Assembly: GCA_043228905.1 (NCBI GenBank)
Contig: JBHGNT010000020.1
Coordinates: forward strand, 5,518,001 to 5,582,000
Reading direction: 5' to 3'
DNA: 64,000 nt
Source of the DNA: Azolla caroliniana
Taxonomy: Eukaryota > Plantae > Polypodiophyta
Shown here: positions 45,237-57,850 of the stretch, in pieces
Numbering within the stretch: the stretch's first letter is position 1
Layout: the number at the start of each line of letters is the position of its first letter
The notes under the pieces: generated by a model
Seen by the model: only the letters and a program-made list of their open reading frames with translations
Database searches by the model: none
Told to the model about the DNA's origin: nothing
Position numbers and translations under genes: made by a program

Positions 45237-48200
45237 CTTGGAATTGGTAATGGTTCTAATAAACCATATGGATGATGCCTTGGCATTTTCGCTCTGCAAC
45301 ATGTATCACAAGTCCAAACAAAATCTTCGACAAATTACCACATATGGGGCCACCAGAATAATCGTTGTACTAAGTCTAATGTCTTAGTACTACCACAATG
45401 CCTAGTTGTATATGTGTCATGACAATTTTGGACTACTCGAAGCCGGCAAGAACCATTAGGAACATACAAGAGTTTTTTAAAGAATAGTAATCCATCATGG
45501 TATTTGAATTGTCGATAGTCCATACCTAGTTGTTGCGACTGTGAACAAGATGCTCGAGAGGGACCAATTTGTGCTAGAATGGCTTGGGCAAAAGCATCTG
45601 TCTTCAAGTCCTCACGTATGGTATCAATAACGTGGGAATCAACGGGCATGCCAAAGACCTATGTTGCTTGCAGTCATGCCGGTCCCAAGATTACTTGTTT
45701 TTGGTTATTGAAAGTTGGCTCGCCGGGACGCGGTGCTAGATATGAACGTCGTGATAACGCATCTACCTTCCCTTGGTGCTTCCCCGGACGATATGTAATT
45801 TTGAAGTTGAAACGCGTGAGTAATTGGGCCCACCGAGCTTGACATCGATTTAACACACGAGCGTCTTGAAAGTAGGCAAGGTTCTTGTGGTCACTGAATA
45901 CAGTGACTTGATGAGAGGATCCCTCTAGAAAATGCCTCCATTGTGTAAAAGAGTCCACTATTGCTAATAGCTCCTTATCATGAATTTCATAGTTGATTTC
46001 GGCGGCGTCAAACTTGCGTGAGTGGAAAGCCACAGGATGTAGCTTTTCATGATTACCTTGTTGTGACAGAATGCAACCCAATGCGAAATCCGATGCGTCA
46101 GCTTCAATGATGAATGGTTTTTCTGGATCAACGTGAGCTAGAATAGGAGCCGATGTAAATGCCTTCTTAAGATTCTCAAAAGCCATGTCCGCTTCTTCAG
46201 ACCAAATGAACGATTGTCCCTTCTTAGTAAGTTGTGTAAGAGGCAAAACAAGCTTTGGGCAATCCTTTATAAACTTGCGGTAGAAATTGGCAAAGCCTAA
46301 AAAGAATTGCACATCTTGCAACGAACGCGGAGTTTGCCACTCTACCATTGTTTTGACCTTAGCTGGATCCATGGAGATGCCTTCCAAGGAGATGACATAG
46401 CCTAGAAATTCCACCTGGTTGCACTCGAAACTACATTTTGCTAGCTTTGCATAAAGACTATGTTCTCGAAGTTGTTTTAGTACTAACAGTACATGAGAAT
46501 CATGCTCTTCTTGGGTCTTTGAATAAACCAGTAGATCATCCAAATAGATGATCAAACAAATATCCAAGAGATCTCAGAATATATCATTTGCCATGTGCTG
46601 GAAAACTGTTGGCGCATTAGTGAGGCCGAACGGCATGACTGTATACTCGAAGTGCCCATATTTGGTGCAAAATGCGGTCTTCCATTCATCTCCTGGTCGG
46701 ATTTGTACGAGGTTATATGCTCCCCGTAAGTTGATCTTCATGAAGAACCTTGCACCATTGATCCGTTCTAAAAGACTTGAGATAAGGGAAAGTGCATACC
46801 TATTCCTGATTGTGACCTTATTCAAGCCACGGTAATCCACAACCAGACGAAATGATCCATCTTTTTTCTTGACGAAGAAAATGGGTGCGCCGGCTGGAGA
46901 TTTCGAATCTCGAATGAAACCATTTGCCAAATTCTCCTCTATATAGGCTTGAAGGACTTCCAGCTCAGTTGGTGACAAATTGTAGATCGGTCCCCATGGT
47001 GGCTCTTTTCCCAGTTGCAAATCGATGGGGCAATCATACGGTCAATGGTGAGGAAGCTTACTGGCTTGTACTTTATCGAACACATCGGCATAATGATGAT
47101 ACTTCTCTGGAAGTTGAACGGTGGACTCCTCTTTAGTGGTGCTGGAGGGTTTTACTGATATTGCGAAGAGAAACATTTCTTCCTTGCGTCCTTCCTCACG
47201 CAACTGATGTAGCAAAATGGTTGCAATCTTATGAGTAGATCCTCGGGTTTGTCGACACCAGATTTCTCTTGTTCTCCAATCTATGTCTGGGTTATGTAAT
47301 TCGAACCATGGTAATCCCAAAACAATGGGATGTTTTGGGATACTAATTATATTAAATGATATTACACGCGCTAAGTTATCTAGGACAATATTAACGGGCT
47401 TTGACTCTTCTATGATATTTCCGGAAGCGATGGGACGACCATCAATGACTACTACAGAGGTTGGACACGGGAGTTTTCTTAGGGATATCTGATGAGCTTA
47501 GGCAAAATTCCTATCCATGAAGCAAGAGTTGGCTCCGGAATCTAAGAGTGCTAAGATATGTACTGGAGGAGTACTTTTAGTACTAACCATTACTTGAGCT
47601 AAGAACACATTGCTAACTTGCTTAGAAGAAATGGAACCACTACTGGGTTGCACAGATCTAGGGTCGTCCAACCAAATGGCTCCTATTTTGGCTGGACTTA
47701 ATCGTTTAAATCTTCTTCTAGTTTACTAAGGATTTCAAATTTGTTTGAAAGGCTCGGGCTATTAGGACTATTGGACACACCTAGAGAAATAGACTTGAGT
47801 TTAGTACTATTAGTACTAGCGGTTATTTGATTTACCTGCCTTTTTGGCCGATGGGGACAGTTCACTGCAATATGCCCCGGTCCCCCGCAATATAGACATA
47901 GTCGATTTGCCCAGCGTTGCTACTTTTCTTCTTCCGATAGTGGCCCGCGACGACGTGTGGTGTCGATTTCCATTGGAGTTAGAGTATTTGTTGGAGATGC
48001 ATTATATGACTCCCTCAGAAAAGGTTTCGCTACCACTAAGGCGTAGGTGGACTCTAATCTTGCCCTTGGCATCTGGAATTGCCGTTCCAAACATCGTTCG
48101 AAAAGACGGTTGTCGCATCTCACCGCACGACTGATTGCTTCTGTTAATGACTTTGGTTCTTCGGGGAAGGTCGAGAGTAAATCCTTGACATCGTTGCGTA

Positions 48201-49329
48201 AACCATAATGAAATTGCTCCATCAATGCTTGATCATCCCAAGGGATATCGGTAGCGAGTAGGCGGACGTATGCGGAGGCTAGACAATCACCTTGGCGTAA
48301 TCGCCAGATTTTGTTGATTACAATTCTTATGTTGTCAGTATCTCCAAAACAGGCTTTAAACTCACTTATAAATTCTTCAAAATTGTTTAGTAATGGAGAT
48401 TCCTTTTCTAACAACGAAGCGAACCATGCCAACGTTGAGCCACTAAGTAGGGTGCCTAGTAGTCCCACTCGTGATGCTTCAGTGGGATATCGAGAAGGAT
48501 GCATTTGAATCACTAAACGTACCTGGTTCAAAAAACCTCTAAATTGTGATCGAGTCCCATCAAATTTTGCGGGAAGACTGATCTTGGGTTCTTTGTGAAT
48601 CCCTTGAGTGTTTGATCCTTATTGTTGTAATGATACAATAGGCGCTTCAAGTTGTTGTACACGTAACATCAGCTCCCCGTGTTGTTGTTGTTTTTCCAAC
48701 GTTATTTGTTGAAGATCCCCCAACAAACGGTGATTTTCTTGTTCTAGTGCTACAAATTTCTCCTTTAAGCATTGGAGCTCTGAGAAAACAGATTGGTATT
48801 CCTGAGTACTAACAATTTCCATTTTACTAGGGAGGATAAGAGGATTAGTATGAAGGGAAGAAAGGGGTAAGAAGATGAGGGAAACTGAAAAGAAGACCGG
48901 AAAAAGGGGATATGTAAGAAGATAAAAGGAAGAGGAGGAAAGGAGGAGATGGAAGGAGGACCGAAATTGGTTCAAACTGTTAGGATCAGTACTAAGACAG
49001 AGAAGGAATTAGTACAAAAAGATGAGGAATTAGTACTAAAAAATGAGGATTAGTAGTAAGAGAGTTGTAGAACTCTCGAGAGAAGGAAAGAGTGAGTGAG
49101 AGAGAGAATGATGATAAAAGATATATATTATGTGAAGAGAGTATACAATAGTAGCTAGGAGTCTTAAGATTGGCATTGAACTGATTTGGTTCGAAATAAT
49201 GCCTTGTGCCTCCTTTTATAGTATTCTCAAGAGTACTCTTGAAGTTTCTAGAATGGTCCAGGGAAATCTGGAATATACATCAATTTTCTATAATAAAGCT
49301 TAAATGAAAATAATATCCTACATATTACA
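45237..49329 (-). mobile_element. Decayed chromovirus-type (Tcn1/Tf-like) Ty3/gypsy (family F): probable 5' LTR 48978-49329, gag, PR, RT, RNase H
   Basis: KFDGTRSQFRGFLNQVRL gag, [64 protein letters not shown]; cut at INT by copia D2. Confidence 0.88.
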
Positions 49330-49419
49330 ATAGATAGTATAATGTTCAAGAGCTCAACCTATGTAACCTAAGGTCATGGGTTCAAGGCTTGCCATATCAT
49401 GACACTTGGCCTCTTCCTC

Positions 49420-51215
49420 TGTTGGGGCCCGTGTGAGTTGACGTCGTAGACTCTGGAACCACAAACTGAAATCTGCTACAGATTCTTTTGGAAGTTGCTT
49501 GATCGTATAAAACTATACTGTCCGATAATTTCACGTTGCGGCATGCTCCGATGGAAGAACCGCAAGAACGTCGATTGCAGTTGGTCGAATGTTGTGAATG
49601 TTGCTAAATCCAGCTAGGAGTGCCAGCACGCAACCCGACCATCCAAGGTTAGCCTGAACTCAGTGATCTTCGATTCGTGGGCTTCCGCTTCTGGAAATTG
49701 TTGTGTCATGTGGTTAGTGTTCCACGGTGTGGGCTACTGTGAAGCTTGGTCACACTATATTGGTCTTGTTGCGATAAGTCTTCGTAATCAACACCGCTCT
49801 GTTCTGTGAGCATGGAGTCTACCGTGTACTCCTGAAGAGAGGGGGTACGGTCGTTGAGGCAGGCTTTCCGCGTAGCGCGTTCTTCCGTTGTCGTAGTGTA
49901 TTTTGTACACTACGTGAAAAACGTATATAGTATTAGATTCAATAAAAAATGAAGAAATAGAAGAAAATAGCAAAATAAATGGAACATGCATAGGGCAAGA
50001 TTCGAACCTTGCACCTCCATGTTAATAATGTAATGTCTTACCATTACACTAGCATTTCATTAGTGTTAAAGCATAGATGTCCCACATAGAAAGGTAAATT
50101 CACGCTAGGATAAACATTAGAAAAACGTATAACAAAAGAAAAAGCTACACATACACATCTAGCGTGCATGATAAAAAACGCACAAGTTAGAAAAAGCATG
50201 ATCACTTTAGATAAAGCATATAGTCTATCTATAGGAAAAGCATGGGGTCTATAGTTAGAGAAAAAGCATGGATTACTAAGACTTCCTCATCACTACATAA
50301 GGATGGGAAGCACAATGTAATTGGGTGTGAAATACTTGGAAACTGGATATGTTTCTAAAAAACACCAATTAATAAACTATACTCGTGGGATTCACGAGGA
50401 TTCTATATCATTCTCTTTCAACCCAAATTTATATTCTTATATTCATATTGATTAATCAAATACAATACACTCGTGGGATTCACGAGTTTGCTATAACTCT
50501 TTCTTACAACATATTTATATTCTTATTAGCCTTAAAACTCTCCTCTTCCTAGTCCAAAACCCCAGCGGTTCCCACCCGACTCACGCAACGATCCGGAGCC
50601 AAAAGGCACGACACCGTCTGTCGGGTAATGGATCTAGTCAGTGGTCGATCTTGTCGAGTAGGTTCTCTCACACATCAACGGCTAGACATCCATTCCTTGT
50701 TGCTCGGTTGCGAGGATTCACAAATCACCAGGCGTGCCAAAAGTGTTACCGGTTAGGAACACTGCCCACCCTCAGTCCTTCAGGCTAGGTTTCAAGGTGA
50801 TCGTGGTGCAAGCGAATATGAATGCGTAGTGCGTGAAACGTAAGGGCTTTACACAGCAGAGCGGGGTCAAAAGGCGTAAGGGAGACGGCTACAACCAAGC
50901 CTCCGATTGTACGTGGATATGCAACACGCACTTACCCTATGCTTACTGCTACACAGTCGTGTACAAAGAATGAAGGATGAAAGACAAGAGACTAATAGAC
51001 AGAATACCAAGATTAGAGAAGACAGAAATTATATTAAATGATGCTCTCAAAAATACATTAGTTGTTTATAATGTTCTTTCACCCTTTATATACACAGGGC
51101 TTTTGATCAGTTACGCTTCCCGTGTGAACCGTTACATGCATTACTTTAACGCCCCTAATACACTAATCTATTTACAATGCGTTATGGCTGGTGGTTACAA
51201 TTCCAATGGACAACA
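49420..51215 (-). mobile_element. Family-E gypsy remnant: 5' LTR 50744-51215, PBS TGGCACGCCTGGTG (50726-50739), degenerate leader/gag
   Basis: LTR TGTTGTCC...GGTAACA matches solo LTR 33050-33459; leader shares ATGGATGTCTAG with family B; left boundary uncertain. Confidence 0.75.
49889..50613 (+). mobile_element. Family-A-related solo LTR (725 bp)
   Basis: TGTCGT...ACGACA; 4-bp TSD CCGT (49885-49888, 50614-50617); 3' end GTCCAAAACCCCAGCGGTTCC as in the other A LTRs. Confidence 0.85.
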
Positions 51216-51224
51216 ATAATGCTA

Positions 51225-51509
51225 AAGTTGGGCCTAGGTTAGGTTCGAAGGACCGGGTTAGGTAATCAAATGCCATCATCATGGCATGGGTTAGGTAATA
51301 AAATGGCATCATCATTGCTCAGGCTAGATGTGAGAGAGGCTCGCCAGACCCGGGTTAGGTTTGAAGCGCGCGCTTTTTATATAGATTGAGATCGAACGAT
51401 GCAGATCACACTCGCTATTCCAAACGTATCATGCACTGTCCGTGTCTGCAATTTCCTCACCAAGCCTAATTATTATTTGGTAGCAAATATGTATGTACAT
51501 AGAAACGTC
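51225..51509. repeat. Orphan terminal inverted repeat of a second MULE copy
   Basis: Same orientation and sequence as 53870-54051 (CCTCACCAAGCCTAATTA...GAAACG); inverted relative to 51579-51960. Confidence 0.8.
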
Positions 51510-52357
51510 GATACCTACTAGCTACATACATACATACATACATACATACTATGTACATATGTATAACAGTATATGTACGACGTTTCTATTTGCTACCAAA
51601 TAATAATTAGGCTTGGTGAGGAAATATTGGACACAGACGGTGCAGAACACGTATTGAATGGCGCGTGCAATCGACACCGTTCAATCTCTATCTATAAAAA
51701 GCGCGCGCTTAAAACCTAACCTGGGTCTGACGAGCCCCTGTCACATCTAACCCGGGCCGTGACGATGCCATTTGATTACCTAACCCAGCCACTCATCACC
51801 TAACCCGGGGAATGTAATTATCTAAGCCTAACCCGGACCGGAGTCTTCACCTAACCCGGCCCTTATGATCCTATAATTCTAACCCGAAGTCCATTCACCA
51901 AACCCGGGCTTTATAATCCAATTGTCCTAACCCGGTCCTTCGAACCTAACCCGGGCACAACTCCAACAAGATTAAAACCCTGCATAAATTCTTTTTCCCC
52001 AAATTTTCAAAATTTGAAACCTACACCTGCATCTACAAGTGCATCAGAACCAAAAGCTACCCCCGCACCTACATCAGAATAGCTATTGGATACACGGTAA
52101 GGTACATTCTTTCCCTCTTTTCTCTCTTTGCCTCTCTATCGTTATTAGGCATCCAAGACTCTGTGCATATGATCCTTCATCTTAGTTGAAAAATTGAAAA
52201 ACATTGATCATCATATGTCTTTCTTACCATTAAGAACTATGCCCCATCTCTTATGAATTTGGTATGCTATTTATTTCTAAATCGTATATCTACTAGCAAA
52301 TATATGTGGCCGATTATATAACTAGTTATAAATTATTATTCTAAAAAATTAGAACAT

Positions 52358-53533
52358 ATGGTATATTTTGCTTTTGGATGGTCAAGCAAGGCAAGAATTG
52401 TTATGTGTGAGGAGGTAAGGCAAGAATACTCAGACAAACCCGGAGTTTGGCAATATATTGAAGGTGGATGGTGTGGACAAACTTGTGTTTGGAGGAGTCT
52501 ATGGCCCAAGTTTGGTAGACTATTCAATTATGGACATGCTGACACTACCAATCTTGTGGAGAGACATTGGCAATTTCTCAAGTACACTGCTTTGAGAGGA
52601 AGAATAAACCGTTCTATTACCGATCTTGTGCATGTTTTATTTGGGGATAGTGTCTCTGGCACTTGCATCGGCGGGACCGTGGTAGAATGGTGGTAGATTC
52701 CAACCCTGTGCAAATTGTAATGATCAAAGGTCAAGACTTAAGAGGCTGAGAGGATACTAGAAAGATATGTGACCAATAGCAACTCGGTACATATTGTAGA
52801 CGAAGGCCCGATATTGGTTTTGAATATTGAGCATGACCACTCCCATTGTATGGTACAATGTCTCATTCCAATGTTCATATTGTGATTGTCAAGCCTTTGC
52901 AAGTAAATGTAAGCATTTGCTTGTGATTCGGATGATCGTTGAGAGACATATGCCATCACTATGTGGATCATTACCATTTATAGATCATGCAACCCAAATG
53001 CGAATGGATGCTGCCACAATGGATAGAGAACTAGAGTCGACACAAGAAGCAAAAGTTGAGATGAATTTAGGAATTGACGAAAGGGAAGAAATAAAGTTAG
53101 AAGCACATCAAACTATGGAAGCACTTCAACTTCTCGAGCAAGGATGGGGAGCAATGAATAGTGCAGCTCTTGAGTGTTGTCGGCAACTCATGTAGATTTT
53201 CGAAAGGAATTGCTCTTATCTATGGGTGCATCGACAACAACCAATATGGCATCGAGAGGTTCAATAAGTCGGAAGCAACAAATTGGTGAGAAAAGAGGAG
53301 CCATGCCCAACATTCCACAAGAACTTATTGGCAGCTCCCCAAACATGACCAAAACACACATTGGCAAACTACAAAGAGGTGCTCGTCGTGCTAAGAGGCG
53401 GTTGCCAATATGTGACACTGAGAAGGTTCGGTGTTTGCATTATGATGGTTTGACATTGACTTCAAGAGACTCCAATGCAATTTGCTGCAAAATTTGTGGG
53501 TGTATCTTGCCATGCTTTGAACAAGAGCCTTGA
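52358..53533 (+). pseudogene. MULE transposase C-terminal remnant with SWIM zinc finger
   Basis: TTNLVERHWQFLKY (MULE T.N..E motif) and YCDCQAFASKCKHLL (SWIM); stops and frameshifts. Confidence 0.8.
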
Positions 53534-53742
53534 TCTCATAGTTTTAATTACATTACATCATGTGATTATTATATGTAAAATCGTGCAATTTTGTATTATA
53601 AAAATTAGGCTTGATATTTTTGAGTAATCTTAGCATCTTTTTTTAACTATGATCTCTTCAGAAATTTTAATCGGGTACCTGGGTTAGGTTTGTGTACCCG
53701 GGTTAGGTTAGACCTGGTTTAGGTGTGACAGAGGCTTGTTAG

Positions 53743-53915
53743 ACCCGGGTTAGATGTGATAGAGGCAATTGTCAGACCTGGGTTAGATGTGACAGATCCG
53801 ATTGTCAGACCCGGGTTAGATGTGACAGATCCGATTGTCAGACCCGAGTTAGATGTGATAGATCCGATTGTCAGACCCATGTTAGATGTAACGGAGGCTT
53901 GTCAGACCCGGGTTA
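53743..53915 (+). repeat. 33-bp subterminal tandem repeat (about 5 copies)
   Basis: CCCGGGTTAGATGTGACAGATCCGATTGTCAGA units. Confidence 0.9.
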
Positions 53916-54254
53916 GGTTTTCAGCGCGCGTTTTTTGTGTATAGAGATCGAACAGTGCAGATCACACGCGCCATTCAAAACGTGTCTTGCACCGTCCATG
54001 TCCGCGATTTCCTCACCAAGCCTAATTATGATTTGGTTGCAAATGGAAACGAGCGTATATGTACGTATGTTATGCATAGCATAACATAATAACATAAAAC
54101 ATTTGAAGGATTCGTCTATCAGATCCCTTGGAAGCCCTCCCTTCTTCTTTTCTTTTCTTTTCTTTTCTTTTCAAGGCACCTCTCTCTCTTCTCTTCTCTT
54201 CTCTTCTCTTCTTGGGGCATCATCGCCATCTTCCCTTCCCATTTCCTGAAACGC

Positions 54255-54294
54255 CATAGCCATAGCCATAGCCATAGCCATAGCCATAGCCATG
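54255..54294 (+). repeat. (CCATAG)n microsatellite in the CT-rich putative AN 5' leader
   Basis: Directly visible hexamer run. Confidence 0.9.
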
Positions 54295-54455
54295 GCCCTG
54301 CTCCCTTTCTCATCCTCATGTTCATCTTCATGTTCATGATCATAAATCTCGACGACGCCTGCAGCAGGTCCCCTCCTAATAAGTTCAAGATTTTTGTTGC
54401 TTCTCTTCCTCCTTCCATCTAATCAATTTACTACACACAAAATCTAACGCTGGCT

Positions 54456-55109
54456 ATGAAAATCGACAAAGAAATTGAGAATGAGAAGAAGAAAGGAAAT
54501 GGCATTGAAGAAGAAGGAGGAGAAGAAGAAGAAGACGAAGAAGAAGAAGAAAGGGGAGGCGTAGGAGCTTCCCCATTACCCTTGATTGTAGCTCTGAATT
54601 GTCTCGAAGATTGCCTCCTGGAGCAAGAAGCTCTACAGGACGTGGCTCAGATCCAACACGTAAGTTTATCTCAGATCTCCGAAGGGAAGATTGAAGCCTC
54701 CATTGCCGTGCTTCTTCACTCTCTTACGTTCCTTCCTAGAGCAGCACAGAAAAGGCTACAGACATGGCAGCTCATATTATGTCTAGGATCAGTGGATAAG
54801 GCTTCAGACTCTTCACTAGCGACTGAACTAGGTCTTCATCTTCTCCATGTTGATACAGGAAGAGCAGAAGAGGTGGCCGATACAGTTGTTGCACTTGTGT
54901 TAGGGTTACTGAGACATACCCACGTTTTGTCCTCGAGAGGGATTTGTGGCTCTGGGGGATGGCTTGGTACAATACAACCTCTGTGTAGGGGAATGAGACG
55001 ATGTCGTGGTCTGGTGATGGGAATTGTTGGCCGATCTCCTTCTGCTTGTGCATTGGCGTCTCGGACTCTTGCTTTCAAGATGAAAGTTTTGTACTTTGAA
55101 GTCGAAGAT
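54456..55109 (+). CDS. AN: ANGUSTIFOLIA (plant CtBP/BARS-like), exon 1
   Basis: VALNCLEDC (LxCxE), RAEEVADTV.AL.LGLLR, GWLGTIQPLCRGMRRCRGLVMGIVGRS; donor GAT|GTGAGT; 218 codons. Confidence 0.93.
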
Positions 55110-55984
55110 GTGAGTTCCCTTTCATTGTATCTGTGTCAATTCACATATCCTTTTTTCCCCCCTATCATTTCCAAGATGTAAATCTTGTCCTACACTTAAA
55201 GTATAGACATTAAATAGGCAGCCCCGTCTTTGGAGAAGCTGTGTAAAGCATAGGTTGGACAATGTGGTAATTGACATTGGGAAGCACTGTCAGTTAGTTG
55301 TGAATGCTTCCCTTCATATTCTTGATCTCCTAATTAGGGCTGAAATTATAGATGCGGATTGCCATAGCTAGTCCATCTATCATTGTGGAATTTAAATGCA
55401 TCCAAAAATTCAAATGATTACAGTAAATGGCAAATGCATCATCTCTGAGTCTATTTCTCTAAGACAGAGCCATCTTCTCATTTATACAGAAAAATCATTT
55501 AGTTAAACCTTGTATTTTAAGTTATTCTATTTTTTGTTTCTTTTAATGATTTTAAATATGTAATCCTATTGTTATTCAAGCTTCTGTACTACGTAGGAGA
55601 ACCTAACTACAGACACAATCATGGGTCATGATTTGTACAAGGTATCAGGGCTTATTTTAGCATTGCACCAACTTTAATGTCAACATCCAAACCAAATGAG
55701 TATTAAGGATTTCATTAGTCCATAATGAGGTCTCTTTCCATTTTACATTTTGAATGAGAGTTTTTCTCCCTTCTACCAATCTTTCTCCCCTATACGTGGA
55801 GATTTTTACGTATCTTTGAAATAATCTATCAATGCTACTTCTATTCTATATTAGTTGGGTTTAGATGTCGAATATAGAATCATGATACAAAGAGTGAATG
55901 AACTCTAAATAGTGCAACTATCTTTATTCTCGTATTCATTATCTTGGTCGATATTGTTTTTACTGCTCCTGTTTTGGCTGTTAA

Positions 55985-57090
55985 GCTCAAGATGAAGGGT
56001 TTGTACTTTCAAACTCAAAGACACGAGTCTTTTGACTTATTTATGTTCAATTCATTCATTCTCTTCAAGCTGAAGTCTTGTATTTCAAAGTTGAAGATCT
56101 GAGATATTTTCAACATGAAAATGCTGATTTGACTGAGATTTTTGTGTCATTGTCGTTTATATGTGTTCCCAATACATTCCATTCAAGATGAAAGAATCTT
56201 TTACTTTGAAGTTGACAGTATGAGATTTTTGATTAACTTTTGTATTGAAAATGTCAAGTTTGCTGAAGTTGAAGATCTTAGTTTTTTCCACTAGTTTTTG
56301 CATATTCTTATTTTCATGTCCTATTCATTTGATGGTGTGAGTTATTGCGTAATTATTGTACTTCAATTCATTTATTCATTCATCTTCAAGATGAAACTTT
56401 GCAATTAAAAAAAGGTTAGTTTTTGACTACTTTTTTATCTTCTTAGTTTATTTGTGATCAAATTGTTTTTTTTCTTGATTGAAGTCTTTTCTCATCAAAG
56501 GCAAATATATGACGTTTTGGAGTAGGATTTTTATCTTGCTATTTATTTCATTCATTGTCTTCAAGGTGAAAGTCTTGTACTATGAAGTTGATGATTTAAG
56601 CTTTTGTGATAAAGATTTGTGTCTTCCTAGTTTATGTGTGTTCAATTTATTCATCATTTCTTCAAGGTTAAAATATTATACTTCAAAATTGGTGATGTCA
56701 GTTTATAAACTTTTCAAGTTTTATAATAAAGATTTTTGTTTTTGCAATTTTGAAATATTTTTGTTTTGCTAGTTATTTCATTCATTCTCTTAAAAGATGG
56801 AAGTTGTGTACGTACTCAAACACTCAAAGATGCGAGTTTTTTGCCTAATTTTGTTTCTTCTTAGTTTTGTATGCACAATCCATTCATTCAAGAAAATCTT
56901 GTATTGTAAAATCAAAGATGTGAGTTCTTACTATTAATGTGGGTCCAATTCATTCATTCATTCTCTTCTAGATGAAATTCCTGCACTTAAAGATCAGTCA
57001 GAAGTTTTGAAAAATTTGACCTATTTCTGCCCAATTCAATTGCTTTAATTAGAAAGCCATGTATTTCGAACTCGAAGATGTATGTGTGCA
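55985..57090 (+). repeat. Degenerate ~80-100-bp tandem satellite derived from the AN exon-1/intron-1 junction
   Basis: About 10-12 variants of TTCAAGATGAAAGTTTTGTACTTTGAAGTCGAAGATGTGAGTT (55074-55116). Confidence 0.8.
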
Positions 57091-57257
57091 TTTTCATTCC
57101 CTTGGGCATCTATGTCTGTATTTTCATCTTATGTTTAGGCTTTGCTTCAATTATTCACTATATTTGATTTTTACTTTGCATTTTCATCTTGTTTGCGTTT
57201 CATTAGTTTCTTCTCTTTAATATTAACTTGTAAATCATGATGTGGCCTTTGTTGCAG

Positions 57258-57426
57258 GGTAAGGAGGCAGTTCTTCATGGACGTCTAAATTTTCCATCAG
57301 CTGCAAGAAAGATTGAAACCTTAAAGGAGCTTTTGGCAGCCAGTGACGTTGTTTCCTTGCATTGCTCTCTTACAACAGACACAATGCAGCTTATTAATGC
57401 AGATGCTCTGCAACATATTAAGCCTG
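57258..57426 (+). CDS. AN: ANGUSTIFOLIA exon 2
   Basis: TTGCAG acceptor; FPSAARKIETLKELLAASDVVSLHCSLT...LQHIKP; donor G|GTATT (phase 1). Confidence 0.92.
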
Positions 57427-57579
57427 GTATTCTTCTTTCTTTGTTATGTTTTAAATTAGTGCTGATCTATTTTTCTGTCTGGGAGCATCAATATTGAGGG
57501 ATTTTTTCTTTAATAATTGCCTGAGTTCCCTGTTCATGGAGAGAATACCAGTTTTTCCTATTCATGCATGACATATTGT

Positions 57580-57690
57580 AGAAAGAAAGAAAGATATATT
57601 AACGTCTTTAAGAGGCCAAAAGGTTCTATAAGTCCAAACTCGAGATTACATCTTAAATAGAGAAAATACTAGAAATTTAATGGAATACAG
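57580..57690 (-). mobile_element. Short LINE-3'-end/SINE-like insertion in AN intron 2
   Basis: (GAAA)n-ATATTAACGTCTTTAAGAGGCCAAAA matches the LINE tail at 39686-39730; right boundary uncertain. Confidence 0.65.
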
Positions 57691-57850
57691 TAGAAATTTA
57701 TTTATTTTCTGTTCAAGTTTGTTTCCTTTACAACTGGTAAGTTAGTGAATCAGTCTAACTTCTTTCAGAACATTGGAACCATAGTTTATTAGCAAACATG
57801 GAGATTCCATTGTTATAGAACCTTACTACTAGTTGATTTCTTCTGTCTAG

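Larger units (their letters stand above)
51579..54054 (+). mobile_element. Mutator-like (MULE) DNA transposon, internally deleted
   Basis: Long TIRs (GACGTTTC.../...GAAACG); 10-bp TSD GTATATGTAC (51569-51578, 54055-54064); many subterminal CCTAACCCGGG motifs. Confidence 0.85.

Noticed and set aside
49331-49395. Fifth tRNA-like A/B-box segment
   Set aside because: Too degenerate (TAGTATAATGTT...GGTTCAAGGC) and not within a recognisable family-A LTR.
49988-50055. tRNA-like segments as functional tRNA genes
   Set aside because: No consistent acceptor stem or anticodon arm; only the A/B boxes and T-arm are retained, always inside LTRs.
49420-51215. One long solo LTR from TGTTG (49420) to CAACA (51215)
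   Set aside because: The flanks do not form a TSD, and homology plus the PBS place the real LTR at 50744-51215.
51700-51960. CCTAACCC motifs as interstitial telomere
   Set aside because: Motifs are dispersed CCTAACCCGGG units mirrored at both TIRs, not tandem TTTAGGG/TTAGGG.
53743-53915. 33-bp repeats as a CRISPR array
   Set aside because: Head-to-tail units without unique spacers, inside a MULE TIR, in a eukaryotic context with no cas genes.
54119-54418. Minus-strand 99-aa ORF with WLWLWL and EKRRE runs
   Set aside because: Translation of microsatellites in the AN leader.
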